Positions 19,100 to 28,772 of a stretch of DNA of 37,253 nucleotides are shown one piece after another. The DNA comes from a virus (Duplodnaviria; Caudoviricetes). The notes under the pieces are model-generated. The model was not told where the DNA came from. It saw only the letters and a list, made by a program, of their open reading frames with translations, and made no database searches. Positions within the stretch are counted from its first letter, which is position 1. Every line of letters begins with the position of its first letter. The position numbers and the translations under genes are program-made. The stretch spans positions 1 through 37,253 of the IMG/VR virus record IMGVR_UViG_3300020584_000002; one strand, 5' to 3'.

Positions 19100-21622
19100 T
19101 TAAAATCCTCTCATCATATTTATTTTTAAAGATTTTTCATAACTATCTGTATCTTTAGGTCTACCTGTATCGTAATATTCTTGTGCCATATTTGCATATG
19201 TTGGAGCTATACCTCTATTTAATAAAGCTTTTTGTATTCTAGATTGTAAATTTGTTGGTATATCTTTTAAATAAACTGTTTCTGTCAAACCATCTCCTTT
19301 ATCAACCTTTATATAAAGTTGTTCAAAATCTCCTTTTTTATATTCAAAAAATGATTTTGTATTATCTTTAAACCTTCCATCGTAAATAACTTCATCAGTT
19401 AATATCTCTTTAATTATTGCTTTTCTTTTGCTGTAATCTATTTCTATACCATTGTCATAATAAAAATTTAAACGATCTCTATAAATTGTTTTTAATCTAT
19501 GATATTTTTGTGGGTCTTTATCTTTCATATCTAACATATCATTTTCAGCTAATGCTGCTTCAAAAATTTGTGGATCTATTTTTAAACCATTAGTTTTTGC
19601 TTTGCTTGATTTGTTTTTATTAAGTTGATTTACATAATATTCAAATTGTCCTTTACTTAATTTAGGCATATAAACTTTTAATTTATTTTCATCTGTCAAA
19701 ATTTCTTCTTCATTTTCTTCTATTTCTACAAGTGCATTAGTATCTGACTCAGGTGGATGTCCTCCTTTTAATGCAATTTGATCTTCTTTTGTAAACATAT
19801 TTATATCGATACCATTTGCTTTTAATAATTTCCAACCATCTGGTTCTGAAAAAGCAATGTCTTGTGCATTTAAATATGCACCGTTATATCTATTTAATCT
19901 TTCTTCTTCTTTCTTACGGTAATTAAATTTTAATTCTTCTAAAGCTACTTTTTGTTTATCGGGATCTTTTATCGTTGCTATTATTTTCTTTTCAAAAAAC
20001 TCATATGGAGGTAATTGTGTTTTTGGATTTACTTCAACATAAGTCTGACCATTTACATGATCATAATTAATTTCTTTATTTATTATTAATAAATCATTAG
20101 TTGTTGTATCTATATATTTACTTGATTGTTCTTTTGCAATTTTTAATTCTTTTTCAGTTTCTGCAATTTTTAGTTTTAACTCTTTTTTCTTTTTTACATA
20201 AACACCTTTACTTTTCATCTTACTGTTTTTTGTCTTTAGCTTTTCTAATGTTTTTGTTAGTTCTTGCACTTTTGGAGTGTATGCTTTATCTATTTCAGCA
20301 ATAAATGATTTATTAAAATTAGCTATAATTTCCTTATTTTTTTCTACAAAATACGTTTGATCGTTTTCATATTTATCTTGATCTATATCTGCATCTTTAA
20401 CTGCATTTGAGTAAAGTGTATCAGCTTTTTCAACACCTAATTTTTGTATTGCAAACAAATGTACAGTTTGATGTTGAGGTATAATTCCTCCAAATGATGT
20501 TGATTCGGGATTATAATATTTTGATGTTGCTCTAGCTTGTTGTAAAGATTCAATATTTTCACTACTTGTTGCTTCTACATTTTCCATTTGATCAGCATTT
20601 TGACCGTCTATAACCGCTGAACCATTACCATTATCAGTTGTATTATTACTGTCTAATGTCATTAAAAAATTTGCTGAATGTAAAAAATCATTATTGTTTG
20701 TATCACCTTCATATTCCAAAATGTTATTGCATATTTTTACAGCACAAGCATCGCTTTGTTTTTTTTCTAAAGTAGCTAGAGCTTGTACAGTTGTTTGGCC
20801 ATCTATAGTTTGTATTAATGTTCCACCTATTGGCATACCTTGTGCGTGCATTGCAAAATATTTTTTGCCTAGTTCTGATTTTTTTTCATCTTGTCCAAAC
20901 CAATCCAATGCCGAATCATATATACCTTTTGTATAATCTTGTAGCATTTCTAAATATTGATAACTAACCTCACCTTTTGTAGGATCAATGTTCCAATTTT
21001 GATCTAATGCATATGCTTGTATTTCTGCTATACCACTTCCAAAACTTGTCCAATAATCACTACCCGGTTCATTAAAACGTGTGATACTTTGTATTGAATC
21101 TATTTGATGAGTGTTAATTTTTGCTTTACTTTCTTTTTGTTTTAATAATCTTTGTTGTTTTATAGAATGTTGTGTAATTTTATTTTGTGCAGATTTAATA
21201 CTAACTTGAGACATATTTTCAAGCATATATTTAACCATTCCATTACTTGATTGGTCTGTATATTTTTTTAAAATATTTTCTATATTTTTATTGGTATCGT
21301 CAAAAGCGTTTTTAGGATCACCCTCAATAGTTTTGCCATTAGACAATACAGCACTTGCTCCTTCTAAATTTGTATAGTTATCAACTTCAGCTTGTATATC
21401 TTCATGTAAAGCGTTATATAATTTTTTTGCTTCTGCGTCATTTAATTCATCGTCTAATTTAGTAAGTGTTTGTCCTAATTGTGTTTGTGCTTTACCAAAT
21501 CTTTCTATATCATCCGTAACTACATCTTGCATTGGTGTTACTGTACCACCAGAAAATTGAACTTCAGAACCTGCTTGAAGTTCTACAGATGGAACTGATT
21601 GATACGGTACTCGTTTAGCCAT
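19100..21622 (-). CDS. Internal virion protein (T7 gp15-position), 840 aa
   Basis: Helical, charged; N-terminal 'RVPYQ..P.V' style; lies between the gp14-like gene and the giant internal protein. Confidence 0.65.
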   Translation of the reverse strand: MAKRVPYQSVPSVELQAGSEVQFSGGTVTPMQDVVTDDIERFGKAQTQLGQTLTKLDDELNDAEAKKLYNALHEDIQAEVDNYTNLEGASAVLSNGKTIEGDPKNAFDDTNKNIENILKKYTDQSSNGMVKYMLENMSQVSIKSAQNKITQHSIKQQRLLKQKESKAKINTHQIDSIQSITRFNEPGSDYWTSFGSGIAEIQAYALDQNWNIDPTKGEVSYQYLEMLQDYTKGIYDSALDWFGQDEKKSELGKKYFAMHAQGMPIGGTLIQTIDGQTTVQALATLEKKQSDACAVKICNNILEYEGDTNNNDFLHSANFLMTLDSNNTTDNGNGSAVIDGQNADQMENVEATSSENIESLQQARATSKYYNPESTSFGGIIPQHQTVHLFAIQKLGVEKADTLYSNAVKDADIDQDKYENDQTYFVEKNKEIIANFNKSFIAEIDKAYTPKVQELTKTLEKLKTKNSKMKSKGVYVKKKKELKLKIAETEKELKIAKEQSSKYIDTTTNDLLIINKEINYDHVNGQTYVEVNPKTQLPPYEFFEKKIIATIKDPDKQKVALEELKFNYRKKEEERLNRYNGAYLNAQDIAFSEPDGWKLLKANGIDINMFTKEDQIALKGGHPPESDTNALVEIEENEEEILTDENKLKVYMPKLSKGQFEYYVNQLNKNKSSKAKTNGLKIDPQIFEAALAENDMLDMKDKDPQKYHRLKTIYRDRLNFYYDNGIEIDYSKRKAIIKEILTDEVIYDGRFKDNTKSFFEYKKGDFEQLYIKVDKGDGLTETVYLKDIPTNLQSRIQKALLNRGIAPTYANMAQEYYDTGRPKDTDSYEKSLKINMMRGF

Positions 21623-22218
21623 TAAGTCTTCTTAATAAACATTGATGAAGGTAAACTGCTTATTACATTACTTGTTCCTGTTAATAAACTACTGGTCATA
21701 TTCATCCAAGGACTTATTGATGATGCTGTAGAAAACATATTATTAGCACCTACTCCATACATATGTGCTTGTATTCCTAGTCCTACACCTTCTAATCGTT
21801 TATCATTTACAGCTTTAACTTTATTTGCATTCATAGTATGTTTATCAATTTCCATCATTATGTCATTACTAAGCATGACATCTTTATTACTACCTACACC
21901 TCTTTGACCACCTCTAGCCGCCATTGATACTCTTCCTCTTCCTTTTGCAGCAGCTTGTTGTAACGACAACATTTGCATTCTTTTATTAAAGACCATGTTT
22001 ATATGCTGTGCCTGACTCTCTTTCATGTCTTTATTAAATAAAGCCATGTCTTTTTTATGCTGTAGCTGTAAAGCCATTGTTTTATATTTATATTTTTCTG
22101 CACCTGCACTAAAAAACGAGCCAATAACACCTGATAATGCACCTGACGCTTGCATTCCTATGCTAAATTTTCCTAATCTACTCAGGTCTGACCAACTAGT
22201 TCCACCTGTGTTTGCCAT
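21622..22218 (-). CDS. Internal virion protein (T7 gp14-like), 198 aa
   Basis: Gly/Ala/Met-rich termini, 'GRVSMAARG...VGS' motif; position after tail tubular B. Confidence 0.65.
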   Translation of the reverse strand: MANTGGTSWSDLSRLGKFSIGMQASGALSGVIGSFFSAGAEKYKYKTMALQLQHKKDMALFNKDMKESQAQHINMVFNKRMQMLSLQQAAAKGRGRVSMAARGGQRGVGSNKDVMLSNDIMMEIDKHTMNANKVKAVNDKRLEGVGLGIQAHMYGVGANNMFSTASSISPWMNMTSSLLTGTSNVISSLPSSMFIKKT

Positions 22219-22242
22219 ATTAAAACACCTATATATTTTTTA

Positions 22243-22276
22243 AATATACAATTATATTATCGCTTTACGGTTACAC
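22243..22276 (-). promoter_or_regulatory. Late promoter motif, copy 2 (internal protein operon)
   Basis: GTGTAACCGTAA-N16-TATATT. Confidence 0.7.
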
Positions 22277-24741
22277 TATCCACCCACAGCCACTTCGGTG
22301 GTTAATCCTACAATAGTTAATGGTAATGGATCTGTTTGACGAATAAATATTTGACCATTATCTTGCCATGTAGGGGTCAACATAATTTTTATATCTTCTG
22401 TTTTTAAATTAGGTGGTGTTCCATATGGTTCTGTAGTACGTTGTTTTGCTTCTATTAATTTATCAGCACTAGGTCCTGCAAAAATACCAGATGATTCTAA
22501 TACTCTTAACCACACATGATTTAAATTTTTTACTCGACCTTGCCCGAAAGCTTCTATTTGTAATGCCAACGGTAATGTTTGTAAATCACTCTCATAAGGT
22601 AAACCAAGATGTACAACACTAGCCGCACGATCTAAAGTAACACTTCCACTAGCAACAGTTTTTTGTGGATGTACTGCACCATCAGCTAATATATTTATTT
22701 TTTTTCCCTCTAAAAAATTAAGTCCTGTTATTTTATTTCTTGCTACTTCAAATGTTGTAATAGCTGTATTACGCAAACTTACTGGTAAATCTTTATCTAA
22801 TTTTGCAGTTGCTACTGTTTGACTAGCAGTAGATAAAATAGTGCAACGATAAAACGTAGATCCGTCTACTAATACAATCGCATCATCTTTATCGTCTACA
22901 CTTGGCGGTGCATTAAATAAATTATAGTTAGCTGTAACTACAATACTTTCTCCTTTTTTATAAGTTGTACCGCCTGATATAGTTACTGTTTTATTTGTAT
23001 CTGTATTTGTGCCATCATATGTTGCACCACAATCAACAAAAAAATTATCTCTTTGTGTTTTAAATAATCTTGTACCCATACGTTCTATATATCTTTTATT
23101 AGCACCATTAATATTTCTTTGTATAACGCAATATGTAACATCATCATTACCTTCAGAAACACAAGCTACGCTTTCAAATAAACCATCTGTATCATGTTGA
23201 TGCCATGCACCTAATTGTTGTTCTGGAACATAAGTTAAACCTAACAATTTTCCATTACTACTAGTCATCCATACAATAGGTATTGGAGCTTTAGATAATG
23301 CCATATCTATTGTTGTCAAATTATCAAACAAATGAGGTGCCCGCAAAGATAAATCACCTGTAATAAATCCATTAGCTTGCCAGTTATATCCTAATTCTCT
23401 AACGTGACCACCACGAGCAGCAGCATATACCAAACTATTATTAACAATTACTGGTTGTGAATTGTTTGCTCCAATATAAGATTGTGGTTTTACAGAAATA
23501 GAAGATGGAGTTATAGCATCACTATTAATAGAAGTTATTCTCCATTCTGCCGACCCTGTAAGAAGTAGCAATTGCGTTAAAGGAACAATATGTCTAATAG
23601 TATTAGCTTCTCTTGCAGCAACTCTAAACTCAATACGATCATCATCTTGTATTGGTAAACCAAAAGACATATTACTTTCAGTACCTGATTTAGTCATCCA
23701 AATATCTTGTGGTCCATTATTAGTACCTGCAAAAACTCTACGTTGTTCAAAGTAAGATACAGCACCCGGATAATTACCAGTACCAACAAAATCATTTTCA
23801 TGTATTGGCGGTGTTCTAGAAAAATCTGGGGCAACATTATCGTCTACTAATGTAGTTGTAGTTGTCTCTCCTAAAAATCCATATATACCACCTTGTTCTT
23901 TGTAAACTCTATATCTTGTCGCACCTGTAACGGCATTCCATGTAATTGTATTTTTTGCTCCAGTAACAAAAATATTATTATCAACAGACGCAGAAGATGA
24001 TTGGTTGCTTTCTTCTACTAAATTAGTACCTATTGCAGTTACAACGTATTTATGAGTTAAATAAGTATCAGCGTTAGTAGTTGAAGAACTTGGAATATAC
24101 ATAGCAGCTTGCACGTTTGTTGGTGTCGGCAAAGGTGAACCAAAATTTATTACTTTTAATTCCCATTTAGTTGCACCTAATCTTCTTAGTTCTCTTGGTG
24201 CATGATTAGGATGCACTAGCGTCATAACGTCAGCGGATTGCACATAATGTACATCAAACAATTCTGCTTCTGTATATGGATGCGGTACTTCATATATATA
24301 ATTTGCAGGCATTGCATACCAATAAGCTGTATTAGGTGGTGCTTGGTTTGTATGAGCAACTGTACAGTAATAATTAACACCTCCTTGCAAAGCAATATCA
24401 CCAACTGTATATGCAGTAGCATTGCTCCATGCAGCACCGTTTGAATATAATAATGTTTGACCTTGTGTATGAAACCTAAAATAATTATTACCAAATTCAA
24501 TAACCATTGTTTGCACAGTAGAAAAAGTAAAAGACAATAATCTTACTTTTGTTGCACTATCTTTTACTTCATTTACATACGCAAAACCTGATCTGTTCTG
24601 TGCAGGTCCTTGTGGTTTTACAATAAAATTACGAACTAAGGCTGCACCTTGTTGAAATTTATTATCTCCAATACGACCAAACATTTCTGGTGATATTTCT
24701 CCTCCAGAAAAAGTTTGTTTAAAATTGCGTGTAACTGGCAT
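22276..24741 (-). CDS. Tail tubular protein B / nozzle (T7 gp12, P22 gp10-like)
   Basis: FSGGEISP start, QSADV, YPGAVSYFEQRRVFA, AWHQH, RQTDPLPLTI C-terminus. Confidence 0.9.
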   Translation of the reverse strand: MPVTRNFKQTFSGGEISPEMFGRIGDNKFQQGAALVRNFIVKPQGPAQNRSGFAYVNEVKDSATKVRLLSFTFSTVQTMVIEFGNNYFRFHTQGQTLLYSNGAAWSNATAYTVGDIALQGGVNYYCTVAHTNQAPPNTAYWYAMPANYIYEVPHPYTEAELFDVHYVQSADVMTLVHPNHAPRELRRLGATKWELKVINFGSPLPTPTNVQAAMYIPSSSTTNADTYLTHKYVVTAIGTNLVEESNQSSSASVDNNIFVTGAKNTITWNAVTGATRYRVYKEQGGIYGFLGETTTTTLVDDNVAPDFSRTPPIHENDFVGTGNYPGAVSYFEQRRVFAGTNNGPQDIWMTKSGTESNMSFGLPIQDDDRIEFRVAAREANTIRHIVPLTQLLLLTGSAEWRITSINSDAITPSSISVKPQSYIGANNSQPVIVNNSLVYAAARGGHVRELGYNWQANGFITGDLSLRAPHLFDNLTTIDMALSKAPIPIVWMTSSNGKLLGLTYVPEQQLGAWHQHDTDGLFESVACVSEGNDDVTYCVIQRNINGANKRYIERMGTRLFKTQRDNFFVDCGATYDGTNTDTNKTVTISGGTTYKKGESIVVTANYNLFNAPPSVDDKDDAIVLVDGSTFYRCTILSTASQTVATAKLDKDLPVSLRNTAITTFEVARNKITGLNFLEGKKINILADGAVHPQKTVASGSVTLDRAASVVHLGLPYESDLQTLPLALQIEAFGQGRVKNLNHVWLRVLESSGIFAGPSADKLIEAKQRTTEPYGTPPNLKTEDIKIMLTPTWQDNGQIFIRQTDPLPLTIVGLTTEVAVGG

Positions 24742-24744
24742 TAA

Positions 24745-25413
24745 TTACCTCCCAGATGTCCAAGGAACTATATGCTCTACTGTTATATCTCTGTGTAAGT
24801 TATCTTGTTGTTTTGCAGTACTTAAATATGAAATCATTGTTTGTGTACAGCGTTTAGCTTCTGCTGCTCCTTGATCACCTTTTATAACAGGACCTGCCAA
24901 CATAGAAGCAAGATGCCAAGACAACGTATTAATAAATAAAGGAGAAAATAAAGTTGGATCAGTTATAAAAGCTTGATATCTCAACATTGCGTTTTCTTGA
25001 TTTGTATAAATATATGCTCCTTCTACTGCAAATTGTTGTGGTGTATATTGACCTGCCACAATTGTTGGTGCGTAATTAGATGTTATTCCACCCGGTGTAT
25101 CTCCTGATGACATTCTTGTAGCGTAATCATTTTGTGCTGTTGGAGATATAACTGCAACAGGTGTCATCATATCTGTAGGGGCTTGATACGCATAATCCCA
25201 TTGATCTAAGGTATTTGTCGTTAAAGCTAAGTTATCTCTTTTAGCTGCAAAGTTCCATGTGTGCATTTGCAACAAAGAATCTCTTGCTATTGGATAAAAC
25301 CGTGCAGATTTTTCTGCTTGTGCAGAACCTTCTGGTGGTTTTATAGAAGCTATTGTTGCATCATCACCCAAATGTGCAAGGGCAAGGTTGCAAATATCTA
25401 CTTCGGTTGCCAT
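24745..25413 (-). CDS. Tail tubular protein A / head-tail adaptor (T7 gp11-like)
   Basis: 'EVDICNLALAHLG', 'HTWNFA', 'WDYAYQAPTD', 'F...L...LA..LA.P' motifs. Confidence 0.88.
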   Translation of the reverse strand: MATEVDICNLALAHLGDDATIASIKPPEGSAQAEKSARFYPIARDSLLQMHTWNFAAKRDNLALTTNTLDQWDYAYQAPTDMMTPVAVISPTAQNDYATRMSSGDTPGGITSNYAPTIVAGQYTPQQFAVEGAYIYTNQENAMLRYQAFITDPTLFSPLFINTLSWHLASMLAGPVIKGDQGAAEAKRCTQTMISYLSTAKQQDNLHRDITVEHIVPWTSGR

Positions 25414-25425
25414 AACAAATCCTAT

Positions 25426-25461
25426 AAAAAGAGGGAGGTAGCAGTTTTACTACTAGCCCCC
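25426..25461 (-). terminator. Rho-independent terminator after the capsid operon
   Basis: GGGGGCTAGTAGT-AAA-ACTGCTACCTCC stem then CTCTTTTT. Confidence 0.7.
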
Positions 25462-25485
25462 CATGAATTAAATAGAAGACCTAGC

Positions 25486-25782
25486 CTATTTGCTTATTGC
25501 TTCAAGTTTTTGTATTAGAGAAACTTTTGTTTGTCTTCTATCTAGCTCAATGCCGATAGTACGACCATATTCCTCTAACTGACGTTTTGTCATAGCTTCA
25601 TAGTCAATAGCTTGATCTTTAGCTGAATCCAAGGTTGTGTTAGACGGCACAGGTAGTTCAGCTTCAGATCCGCTTATCAACTCTAAATGCTTACAAAATT
25701 CACCATTATACTCGAACTCTTCACCTACATCTCGTAGAGAATTACCCACGAAACATTTGGTTTTAGCTTTGTAAATTGGCAT
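25486..25782 (-). CDS. Small head-associated protein with C-terminal HeH/Rho-N-like module
   Basis: 'YEAMTKRQLEEYGRTIGIELDRRQTKVSLIQKL' helix-extension-helix pattern; GGAG SD. Confidence 0.65.
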   Translation of the reverse strand: MPIYKAKTKCFVGNSLRDVGEEFEYNGEFCKHLELISGSEAELPVPSNTTLDSAKDQAIDYEAMTKRQLEEYGRTIGIELDRRQTKVSLIQKLEAISK

Positions 25783-25795
25783 AGGTCACTCCTAA

Positions 25796-26227
25796 TTATA
25801 CTACGGTGAAGCCAGAAGCATAATACTTCCTACCGTCACCTATAGTCTCTACTATATCAGCAGTTATTTTACCGCCTGTGTAAGTACCTGCAACTGTATA
25901 TCTTGCACCTAGATACTGTTGACCTTTGCCAGCAATTTCTGGGTTAAGACGTACAACTACATTTTTGCCTAATGTAAGTGCTGCTGTAAGGATTGCATCG
26001 CTGCTACCAATAACAGTAGGACTAGACAAGTTAGCGTTTGCACTAGTAATAACCTCAAACTTAATGCTTGTACCACCTGCCATTGCAGTTGTTACAGCAA
26101 AATTCATATATAGAGGTGTACCTTCACCTATGTCTCTAGCTGTAACTAGATCAATAGTGTCAGTAGATACAGCAGTTGAAGTTACCGCTTGATCTTCGCT
26201 CACTCGGAGCAGTTTGTCTGTAATCAT
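25796..26227 (-). CDS. Capsid cement/decoration protein (BPP-1 Bbp16-like)
   Basis: 'MITDKLL..SEDQAVT..A.STDTIDL...RDIGEG.PL' and 'YLGARYTV.G....GKITA'; directly after the MCP. Confidence 0.85.
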   Translation of the reverse strand: MITDKLLRVSEDQAVTSTAVSTDTIDLVTARDIGEGTPLYMNFAVTTAMAGGTSIKFEVITSANANLSSPTVIGSSDAILTAALTLGKNVVVRLNPEIAGKGQQYLGARYTVAGTYTGGKITADIVETIGDGRKYYASGFTVV

Positions 26228-26253
26228 TTTAGACTCCTATGTTAATAAACAAA

Positions 26254-27273
26254 TTAAACTACACGAGTTTCTGTGTTAAGCAATGCGTCTACTCTTCTTA
26301 GAGGAACACCTAAGAATGATAAGTAACTTTGTGCTGAACCAAACTGTGTTAAACCTTCTTGAATAGCCAAGACGTTTTGTGACTTATCAAGTGCTGAAAT
26401 AGCCATACCTGAGTGTACAGATCTGTTCATATAGAACGCTGCTCTACCCATAGCCATGTTTGGTATTCTGTACAATGCTCTTGCCATAAGCTTAATTAAA
26501 GCTGTAGCTGCAGTAGGTGCTTGTGTACCTGTAGAACCAATTAAGTCAGAAATGTCAATATTGCAAATACGAACAACGTATCTCCAATCTTTAACAACTA
26601 GACCATTCTTCCATTGGTAACGAGTAGCAAAAGCTTGTAGCCTTGTACCATCGCTGTTGTAAACAGTTTGCTCGCCTAGATCTTCGTGTGTCAGACCCGC
26701 TTTAGATCCTTTAGGAAAAGGACAATAAACAGTATTATCACCCCAAAGAACTAAATAAACAGAAGCGTTATCAGAACCTGTGCCACCTGCATCAAGGATG
26801 TTAACTGCGTTATCTGCTGATAAATCGCCATATCTTGGTGCTAATCCTAAAAATTTCTTAGGATCTGTTCCGGGGTTGCCGTAAAACATTGTCTCAGCTT
26901 GTGTCTGGTTCATTGCTTCCAAGAACGCAGTATCTTCTGATAAACGGAATTGTGCTGTATTACCGTTTAACATTGCTAAGTCTTTGTCTACTTCAGAACG
27001 AGCTTCTAGGATTCCGCAAGCTTCATCAATCTGAGCAGTTGTTGATTTGCTTGATGGAATACCTTGGTTTAATGCTCTCCAGTAAACACCGGGTAGTCCT
27101 GTTCTAATAACTACACGTTCACCAGTAGGTAAATTACCTTCTTTGAACACGCAATCGTCTAGGATTTCGTTGCTTTGTGATAATAATTCTGCAACAATTG
27201 GAACTCTACCGTCTGGGTCAGATCTTTTTGCCCAATCCGCTAGGGTTAAATTTGATGATGAGAGAGTAGCCAT
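26254..27273 (-). CDS. Major capsid protein (BPP-1 Bbp17-like)
   Basis: 'TLADWAKR.DPDG', 'RTGLP...WR.LNQG', 'GLVVKDWRYVVRICNID'; 339 aa; GGAG SD. Confidence 0.92.
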   Translation of the reverse strand: MATLSSSNLTLADWAKRSDPDGRVPIVAELLSQSNEILDDCVFKEGNLPTGERVVIRTGLPGVYWRALNQGIPSSKSTTAQIDEACGILEARSEVDKDLAMLNGNTAQFRLSEDTAFLEAMNQTQAETMFYGNPGTDPKKFLGLAPRYGDLSADNAVNILDAGGTGSDNASVYLVLWGDNTVYCPFPKGSKAGLTHEDLGEQTVYNSDGTRLQAFATRYQWKNGLVVKDWRYVVRICNIDISDLIGSTGTQAPTAATALIKLMARALYRIPNMAMGRAAFYMNRSVHSGMAISALDKSQNVLAIQEGLTQFGSAQSYLSFLGVPLRRVDALLNTETRVV

Positions 27274-27286
27274 TTAAATCTCCTTA

Positions 27287-27958
27287 CTAATTTTGCTGAT
27301 TAGAATATAGTGCGTTAGCTATGCCGTTAAAATCTTTTGGTACACCACCTTTGGCATATGCACCTTGAGAATTACCAACATAACTATCTTCACCAATTGC
27401 CTTACCTGCTCGGTACATGAACCTGATAATCTCAGGATGATTTCCCAATCCAGATTCTGACAGCAGCGACTTCAAAGCATCAGTACCAAAAGCGTTAAGT
27501 GAAGCTTTAGCTATTTCAAGATTAGTATCTAAGCTTTCACCACCAAATTCTTGGTCAGCTTTAGCTTCGTTCGCCCAATCTTGTTTAGCGTCTTCGACAA
27601 CTTTTGCTTGTCTTGCCTGCATAACAGGTGCAACTTTGTCTAATACTTTTTGTGCAGCTTCCTGTGAAAGGTCAAGTTCTTTAGCGACTTCCCCGAAAGC
27701 AGTTAAGACTTCGGAGTCGAGTTCTTCGGGTGCGTCAGCCACCTTACTATTAAACTCGTAGGCTTCAGGTGCACCTTCTTTAGGGGTTTCCTGTTCGCTA
27801 GTTTCACTTTCAACAGCGGATTCATCCGAATCTTGTTGATCTTCTACAGTTTCAGCTTGCTGCTGTGATTCAGTAGTTGCATCAGTTGATGTATCTACTT
27901 CTTGCTGTGTACTGCCTTCATTGGTTTGGGTTGGCTCTGTCATCAGCGAGTCTGACAT
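27287..27958 (-). CDS. Head scaffolding protein
   Basis: Acidic N-terminus, 'APEAYEF', 'GLGNHPEIIR', C-terminal 'A.ALY'; upstream of the MCP. Confidence 0.82.
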   Translation of the reverse strand: MSDSLMTEPTQTNEGSTQQEVDTSTDATTESQQQAETVEDQQDSDESAVESETSEQETPKEGAPEAYEFNSKVADAPEELDSEVLTAFGEVAKELDLSQEAAQKVLDKVAPVMQARQAKVVEDAKQDWANEAKADQEFGGESLDTNLEIAKASLNAFGTDALKSLLSESGLGNHPEIIRFMYRAGKAIGEDSYVGNSQGAYAKGGVPKDFNGIANALYSNQQN

Positions 27959-28262
27959 TTTTTTGCTCCTTAATCATTGTCGGATACAACTCAGGGCAGA
28001 GAGTGTGGATTTGGTTGAGGAGTTGCAAACCATAGTTCCTGTTACCTTCACCAAATGACATTGTCATTGCGTTAGTGTTGAACGATGATCGAAATACACC
28101 TGCCATTTCCAGAAGTCTCCAGATAAATCTGCGACCCCTCTTGCTGCTCATGAGCCATTTGATGTCCGACTCTTCATTTTGTCGGTCAATCTTTTCTTCA
28201 GACTTTTTATTGTCTTTAGATTTTTGTTGACCTTTGAGGTCGAGAGGATTGTATTCACTCAT
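27918..28262 (-). CDS. Conserved head-module protein (Bbp19-like)
   Basis: 'WLMSSKRGRRFIWRLL..AGVFRSSF...MSFGEGNRN.GL'. Confidence 0.8.
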   Translation of the reverse strand: MSEYNPLDLKGQQKSKDNKKSEEKIDRQNEESDIKWLMSSKRGRRFIWRLLEMAGVFRSSFNTNAMTMSFGEGNRNYGLQLLNQIHTLCPELYPTMIKEQKNVRLADDRANPNQ

Positions 28263-28267
28263 GTATT

Positions 28268-28301
28268 AATATATCTAGTGATAACTGGGTTACGGTCACA
28301 C
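28268..28301 (-). promoter_or_regulatory. Late promoter motif, copy 3 (scaffold/capsid operon)
   Basis: GTGTGACCGTAA-N16-TATATT; ATG only 5 nt after the -10. Confidence 0.75.
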
Positions 28302-28303
28302 CA

Positions 28304-28450
28304 TTATGCTTTTTTGCTTTGGCTGTCTCTTAATGCTTTAGCTGTTGGTGCACCTTTCGACCCCGGTTTACGCATTTTTTCACCAGAACCTGCCTTAATT
28401 CTTTTACGTTTTGCGTGGATGTTCGCCCAAAGACCTACGTTTTTAGCCAT
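28304..28450 (-). CDS. 48-aa basic protein (GLWANIHAKRKRIKAGSGEKMRKPGSKGAPT family)
   Basis: Read manually; motif recalled from a widespread small phage protein; collinear with its neighbours. Confidence 0.8.
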   Translation of the reverse strand: MAKNVGLWANIHAKRKRIKAGSGEKMRKPGSKGAPTAKALRDSQSKKA

Positions 28451-28452
28451 AA

Positions 28453-28614
28453 TTAAAACATTGAAGGATAAAGAGTTTTTAGTTTGTTTAATTCTTTTTC
28501 TGCTTGTGGAGAAAGCATTCCTGCTTCTTCCATAGTTTTATATGTTTGTATTTTTCTACGTTGAAGGTTTGTTATAATTCCATCTTTTTTTTCTTTTTTC
28601 TTTTTTCCAAACAT
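28453..28614 (-). CDS. 53-aa Lys-rich hypothetical protein
   Basis: MFGKKKKEKKDGIITNLQRRK...LYPSMF; TAATG coupling with the upstream ORF. Confidence 0.65.
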   Translation of the reverse strand: MFGKKKKEKKDGIITNLQRRKIQTYKTMEEAGMLSPQAEKELNKLKTLYPSMF

Positions 28615-28772
28615 TAATTTGTACCACCGTATAATTCTTCTGCTAAATCTTTCTTTTTTGTTTTCTTCTTACCTTTACTAGCATTATGACGTTCTAACAT
28701 TTGCTTGTATTTCATTCTGAAATCAGCCGTCATGTCTCCATAATTAAAATTGTCTGGTGTTTTTTTGTCCAT
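28614..28772 (-). CDS. 52-aa Lys-rich hypothetical protein
   Basis: MDKKTPDNFNYG...DLAEELYGGTN; starts right after the portal stop with a GGAGG SD. Confidence 0.7.
   Translation of the reverse strand: MDKKTPDNFNYGDMTADFRMKYKQMLERHNASKGKKKTKKKDLAEELYGGTN

Noticed and set aside
24222-24500. Same-strand alternative-frame ORF in tail tubular B (also 4991-5179 in the fibre)
   Set aside because: Ile/Leu/Gln-rich composition typical of a shifted AT-rich frame; no SD and no codon skew comparable with the 14531-14950 case.
28585-28606. T-rich homopolymer runs as a phase-variable or slippage site
   Set aside because: Explained by Lys/Glu codons of an intact 53-aa minus-strand ORF.
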